A DNA stretch of 64,000 nt from the human T2T-CHM13v2.0 reference genome, Homo sapiens. The notes beneath the pieces are model-generated. The model worked only from the letters and a program-made list of their open reading frames with translations, was not told the DNA's origin and did not search any database. The stretch is from the NCBI RefSeq assembly GCF_009914755.1, contig NC_060933.1. The stretch is one strand, 5' to 3'. The position numbers and the translations under genes were made by a program. Below are positions 57,220 to 64,000 of this stretch, in pieces (positions within the stretch are counted from its first letter, which is position 1; each line of letters begins with the position of its first letter).

Positions 57220-57450
57220 CACTTGTTTAACTTAGTGTGCATCTACTATGAGATAGGCATGATCTAGGTATTGCAGACATATCTGTTAATAACAGAGATG
57301 TGGTCTCTGTCCTCTTTCAGCCTACAGTGAAAATAGAGATTTAAACCAGTGATTCGAAATCTGATGATCATGCTGAAAGAGAAACACATCATGTTTAGAA
57401 GAGTGTCAAAAGCATTTGCTGAAGGATTTTTGTTAAGGTTTACAGAAGAA
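57220..57450 (-). mobile_element. L2 fragment
   Basis: TGTGCATCTACTATG..AGGCATGATCTAGGTATTG..GGTCTCTGTCCTC. Confidence 0.55.
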
Positions 57451-57772
57451 ACAGGAATTCAAAAGTGTTTGAATAACTGGAAGCTCATATATATCTGTGC
57501 ATGTTTGGTTAGTATTAGGAAGTCTCAGAGATCTGAAAAGAGCAAACAGAAACACAGGTGGCAGTATAATAAATAGAGGCATTGGAAAATTACTGGCCTT
57601 TCTTCTAATAATTTTGAGTTAGAGTTGAAAATAAAATGCTTTTCAAGACAAAGGTGAACAGAACAGTCTTAAAATGTAAGTTCATTATAGGATTTTCAAA
57701 GCATTGAGTTGGCTAAAATAATGTTGAATATTTCTGTAAGTAATGTAATTGAAAATTAATTAAGTAAATAGG

Positions 57773-60700
57773 TGTATTAGTCTGTTCTCATACTGCCAAT
57801 AAAGACATACCTGAGACTGGGTAATTTATAAAGAAAAAGAGGTTTAATGGACTCACAGTTCCACATGGCTGGGGAGGCCTCACAATCATGACAGAAGGCA
57901 AAGGAGGAGCAAAGGCAAGTTTTGCAGGATGACAGGCAAGAGAGAGTTTGTGCAGGGGAACTCCCACTTATAAAACCATCAGATCTCATGAGCCTTATTC
58001 ACTACCATAAGAACAGTATGGGGGAAACTACCCCATCATTCAATTACCTTCACCTGGCCCTGCCCTCGACATGTTGGCATTATTACAATTCAAGGTGAGA
58101 TTTGGGTGGAGACACAGCCATATCATATAATTGTGTCCCTGGCCCCTCCCAAATCTCATGTTCTCACATTTCAAAACCAATCATGCCTTCCCAACAGTGC
58201 CCCAAAGTCTTAACTCATTTCAGCATTAACTCAGAAGTCCACAGTCCAAAGTTTCATCTGAGACAAGGCAAGTCCCTTCCACCTATGAGCTTGTACAATA
58301 AAAAGCAAGTTAGTTACTTCCTAGATAGAATGGGAATCCAGTCATTGGGTAAATACACTCTTTTCAAATAGGAGAAATTGGCCAAAACAAAGGGGCTACA
58401 GACCCCATGCAAGTCTAAAATCAAGTGGGGCAGCCAAATCTTAAAGCTCCAAAATGATCTCTTTTCACTCTGTGTCACAAATCCAGGTTACACTGATGCC
58501 AGAGGTGAGCTCCCATGGCCACAGGCAGCTCTGCCCCTGTGTCTTTGCAGGGTACAGCCCCCCTCTTCTGGTTGCTTTCATGAGCTGGCACTGATTGTCT
58601 GCAGCTTTTTTAGGTGCACAGTATAAGCTGTTGGTGGATCTACCGTTCTGGGGTCTGGAGGAGAATGGCCCTCTTCTCACAGCTCCACTAGGCAGTGCCT
58701 CATTGGGGACTCTGTGTGTGGGCTCCAACCCCACATTTTCCTTCTTCACTGCCCTAGCAGAAGTTCTCCATGAGGGTCCCACCCCTGCAGCAAACTTCTG
58801 CTTAGATATCCAGGGATTTCCATAAAGCCTCTGAAATCTAGGCAGAGGTTCCCAAACCTCAATTCTTGACTTCAGTGCACCAGAAGTCTCGATATCACAT
58901 GGAAGCTGCAAAGGCTTGGGGCTTACACCCCTGAAGCCATGGCAGGAGCTGTACCTTGGTCCCTTTTTAGCTATGGCTGGAGAGGCTGGGACGCAGGACA
59001 CCAAGTTCCTAGGTTGCACAGAGCAGGGCCTGACCTACTGATCCCTGGGACTGATCCACAAAACCATTTTTTCCTCCTGGGCGTCTGGGCCTATAATGGA
59101 AGGGGTTGGCATGAAGATCTCTGACATGCCCTGGAGACATTTTCCCCACTGTCTTGGGGATTAACATTTGGATCCTTGTTACTTATGCAAATTTCTGCAG
59201 CCTGCTTGAATTTTTCCACAGACAATGGGTTTTTCTTTTCTATCACATCATCAGGCTGCAAATTTTTCAAACTTCTATGCTCTGCTTTCCTTTTTAACAT
59301 AAGTTCCAATTCAAAACCATATCTTTGTGAATACATGAAATGCTTTTAATAGCACCCTAGTCACCTCTTGAACACTTTGCTACTTAAAAATTTCTTCTGG
59401 CAGATGCCCTAAATCATCTCTCTCAAGTTCAAAGTTTCACAAATCTGTAGGGCAGGGGCAAAATGCCACCAGTCTCTTTGCTAAAATATAGCAAGAGGCA
59501 TCTTTGCTCCAGGTCCCAACAAGTTACTCATCTCCATCTGAGACCATCTCAGCATTGATTGTATTGCCCATATCACTATCATCATTTTGGTCAAAGACCA
59601 TTCAACAAGTCTCCAGGAAGTCCCAAACTTTTCCACATCTTCTTGTCTTCTTCTGAGTCCTCCTAACTGTTCCAACCTCTGCCTGTTACCCAGTTGCAAA
59701 GTTGCTTCCACATTTTCAGGTATCTTTACTGCAGCATCCCACTCTACCAGTACCAATCAGTCTGTTCTCATGCTGCTAATAAATAGATACCCAAGACTAG
59801 GTGATTTATAAAGAAAAAGAGGTTTAATGCACTCACAATTCCACATGATTGGGGAGACCTCACCATCATGGTGGAAGACAAAGGAGGAGCAAAGGCACAT
59901 CTTACATCATGGCAGGCAAAAGACAGCTTGTGCTGCAGAATTCCCATTTATAAAACCATCAGATCAGGAGTGGTGAGAGAGGGCATCCTTGTGCCAGTTT
60001 TCAAAGGGAATGCTTCCAGTTTTTGCCCATTCAGTATGATATTGGCTGTGGGCTTGTCATAAAGAGCTCTTATTATTTTGAGATATGTTCCATCAATACG
60101 TAGTTAATTGAGAGTTTTTAGAGTGAAGGGCTGTTGAATTTTGTCAAAGGCCTTTTCTGCATCTATTGGGATAATCATGTGTTTTTTGTCATTGGTTCTG
60201 GAAGTTCTGGCCAGGGCAGTCAGGCAAGACAAAGAAATAAAGGGTATTCAATTAAGAAAAGAGGAAGTCAAATTGTCCCTGTTTGCAGATGACATGATAG
60301 TATATTTAGAAAACCCCATCGTCTCAGCCCAAAATCTCCTCAAGCTGATAAGCAACTTCAGCAAAGTCTCAGGATACAAAATCAATGTGCAAAAATCACA
60401 AGCATTCCTATACACCAGTAACGGACAAACAGAAAGCCAAGTCATGAGTGAACTCCTATTCACAACTGCTACAAAGAGAATAAAATACCTAAGAATCCAA
60501 TTTACAAGGGATGTGGAGGACGTCTTCAAGGAGAACTACAAACCACTGCTCAACGAAATAAAAGAGGACACAAACAAATGGAAGAACATTCCATGCTATT
60601 AGATAGGAAGAATCAATATTGTGAAAATGGCCATACTGCCCAAGGTAATTTATAGATTCAATGCCACCCCCATCAAGCTACCAATGACTTTCTTCACAGA

Positions 60701-62371
60701 ACTGGAAAAAACTACTTTAAAGTTCATATGGAACCAAAAAGAGCCCACATTGCCAAGACAATTCTAAGCAAAAAGAACAAAGCTGGAGGCATCATGCTAC
60801 CTGATTTCAAACTATAGTACAAGGCTACAATAACAAAAACAGCATGGTACTGGTACCAAAACAGATATATAGACCAATGGAACAGAATAGAGGCCTCAGA
60901 AATAACACCACACATCTACAACCATCTGATATTTGACAAACCTGACTAAAAACAAGAAATGGGAAAAGGATTCCCTATTTAATAAATGGTGCTGGGAAAA
61001 CCGGCTAGCCATTTATAGAAAGCTGAAACTGGATCCCTTCCTTACACCTTATACAAAAATTAATTCAAGATGGATTAAAGACTTAAATGTTAGACCTAAA
61101 ACCATAAAAACCCTAGAAGAAAACCTAGGCAATACCATTCAGGACATAGGCGTGAGCAATGACTTCATGACTAAAACACCAAAAGCAATGGAAACAAAAG
61201 CCAAAATAGACAAATGGGATCTAATTAAACTAAAGAGCTTCTGCATGGCAAAAGAAACTACCATCAGAGTGAACAGGCAACCTACAGAATGGGAGACAAT
61301 TTTTGCAATCTACCCATATGACAAAGGGCTAATATCCAGAATCTACAAAGAACTTAAACAAATTTACAAGAAAAAAAAACAAACATCATCAAAGAGCGGG
61401 CAAAGGTTATGAACAGACACTTCTCAAAAGAAGACATTTATGCAGCCAACAGACACATGAAAAAATGTTCATCATCACTGGTCATCAGAGAAATGCAAAT
61501 CAAAACCACAATGAGATACCATCTCACACCAGTTAGAATGGCCATCATTAAAAAGTCAGGAAACAACAGATGCTGGAGAGGATGTGGAGAAATAGGAACG
61601 CTTTTACACTGTTGATGGGAGTGTAAATTAGGTCAACCATTGTGGAAGGCAGTGTGGCAATTCCTCAAGGATCTAGAACCAGCAATCCCATTACTGGGTA
61701 TACACCCAAAGGATTGTAAATCATTCTACTATAAAGACACATGCACATGTATGTTTATTGTGGCACTATTCACAATAGCAAAGACTTGGAACCAACCAAA
61801 ATGTTCATCAATGAGAGACTGGATTAAGAAATTGTGGCACATATACACCATGGAACACTATGCAGCCATAAAAAAGGATGAGTTCATGTGCTTTGAGGGA
61901 CATGGATAAAGCTGGAAACCATCATTCTCAGCGAACTATCACAAGGACAGAAAATCAAACACCGTATGTTCTCACTCATAGGTGGGAAATGAACAATGAG
62001 AACACTTGGACACAGGGCAGGGAACATCACGCACCAAGACCTGTCAGGGGGTGGGGGCTGGGGGAGGGATAGCATATTAGGACAAAAACCTAATGTCAAT
62101 GATGAGTTAATGGGTGCAGCAAGCCAACATGGCAGATGTATACCTATGTAACAAACCTGCACGTTGTGCACGTGTACCCTAGAACTTAAAGTATAATAAA
62201 AAGTAAAAAATAAAACCATCAGCTGTCATGGGCCTTATTCACTGTCATAAGACTAGTATGGGGGAAACTGCCCCCATTATTCAGTTATCTCCACCTGGCC
62301 CCCCGCTTGACACATGAGGATTCTTACAATTCAAGGTGAGATTTGGGTGGGGACAGAGCCAAACCATATCA
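57773..62371 (-). mobile_element. Complete THE1 (THE1C-like) provirus: LTR 57773-58125, internal to ~59756, second LTR ~59757-59965 plus 62210-62371 split by an L1
   Basis: Homologous LTRs, THE1 internal sequence, 5-bp TSD ATAGG/ATAGA. Confidence 0.93.
59966..62209 (+). mobile_element. L1PA (PA6/7-like), 5'-truncated, with 5' inversion (59966-60200 inverted)
   Basis: Sense ORF2 fragments ([17 protein letters not shown]), 3'UTR and A tail; TSD ATAAAACCATCAG at 59950-59962 and 62210-62222. Confidence 0.96.
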
Positions 62372-64000
62372 ATAGAACAGATCTTGAATTTTTAAACATC
62401 TTTGTCATTAGATAGTTATGCTGTATCTTACATTTATATTTTCAGGCTTTTTGAAATAAAAATACTAATTTATGATTAGCAAATTTTATTGTTTTATTCT
62501 CTTATATTTAAGAAATTCCTTTCAGAGACATATGTTTAACATTGTCATTGAAAATCAATCAGCCTTTAAGAATTTCCAGGTTAGACAATAAGAAGTTTAA
62601 TGTATTTGTTGATATAACAATAGTCTTAAATAAAAATATCTGCTTCTTAGCATCTAGTTCATGACAGTATACTTCTTGGGTTACAATCAAAATGTCTTGC
62701 TTGATGATGATAAATTATTTCTACATATGTAATTTTGTTATTATTAGGACTTATCAGATAATGAAGCTTAGAGAAAAATTAGCCACACCACTTGCAAAAG
62801 ACACAGCTGTAATATATTTAATTTTTTTTAATTTAGGGTTTAACTGAAAAAAGTAGTTGCTATGTAGTAATACAATATATTGCATTAATATATGTTGACT
62901 CATTATATTTATTTCAATTTCTTTCTATTTTTCATAATGTATCTGTTTTATATTCTGATTCAAATACATATGCAGGCCAAATACTAGATTCAAAAAAAAA
63001 ATTAGAATAAAATTGATGATAATCACAGAGTTCTCATTGGCAGAAAACTGCTACTATTTGTAGGTTATTCTAAAAACTATATTATAACTACATAGAAGAA
63101 GAAACTATAGTAAAAATAACACTTTATGTGACAGACCCATAACCTGTTCACAAGATAGAACAGGCAGCCGTACAGTGTACCGGGGTATAATAGGAAAAAA
63201 TATTACTATAGCTGCATTAATTTAAAATGGAATTTGGTTGTTATAAATTGGAAAGAAAAAATAAAGTATGAAATAGATATCTTTCTTTTGCTCCACTCAA
63301 ATAGAAATTACAGGGCAATTTCAGATAAGAGGATTTCCTGTTTTATTCAACTTGAGGTCATTCTATATAGTTTGTATTTCTTTTTTTCTTTTTTTCCCCT
63401 TCCGTATTTACTCAGACAAGGTCAACAGTCTATCTGGAGCTTTCTGCAATCACCCATTTATTTTAAAGAACCAGACTTCCCTAGTGTTAAAATCCTTCCT
63501 ATGCCATTTGTGAGATATTATCTGGCCTTTCTTTTTGTTGCCTGTTGTGTCTATGCATCCAAATAACAGACAGTCTATTTCCTCTAACTCTTCCATGAGT
63601 CAGCAGGCTGTGATAGGCCAATTGATATAGTATTATTTTTGACTTTCAAAATATATGCTTAATCTTTTCATTATTAACTGGATGACTCAAGTATGAAAAG
63701 TATTTTTTGACCTAGACTCAAATAATTTACTGTATTATGTGGGTAATGCAAAATAGAATCTTTGGCCATTGCTAGTATTTTTCACTCCTAAGTAGTGAAA
63801 CATTGCAGATAATATATTCTTACTGGAATTTAGCATCTAGACATAGTTTAATAAGAGAGTAAGAACTATAAAACTGATTTGTGAATGAGGGGAAAGGTGA
63901 AGGAATTAAAATTTTGTATAGAATAGAACACTTTACTTTTTTTATGAAACATGAAAAATGGAAATCTAATTGAAGTTTCCTCAAGTGATAAAACATTCCA

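Noticed and set aside
63130-63200. Small CpG-containing patch (GCCGTACAGTGTACCGGGG) as an exon or RNA gene
   Set aside because: No ORF, paired splice sites or recognisable RNA family.

Overview
AT-rich primate (almost certainly human or great-ape) genomic DNA, largely interspersed repeats, with no recognisable host protein-coding exon, RNA gene or CpG island. Every ORF with recognisable homology is a broken retroelement frame (L1 ORF2, HERV-H gag/pro/pol, THE1 internal, Alu). Main contents: a ~5.8 kb two-LTR HERV-H/LTR7 provirus (44348-50172), two complete THE1 MaLR proviruses (31008-33260 and 57773-62371, the second split by an L1), solo MLT2A, MER41 and LTR16-like LTRs, several primate L1PA insertions, old L1M/L2/MIR fragments and about nine Alus. 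I found no convincing new biological system. The best observations are traces of unusual retrotransposition: an L1 with a 122-bp target-site duplication, three 5'-inverted (twin-primed) L1s including a ~270-bp minimal one, and an HERV-H 3' LTR with a tandem R-U5 duplication. There is also a candidate LTR7-driven spliced non-coding transcript. Subfamily names come from recalled consensus sequences, and the borders of old repeats are approximate.
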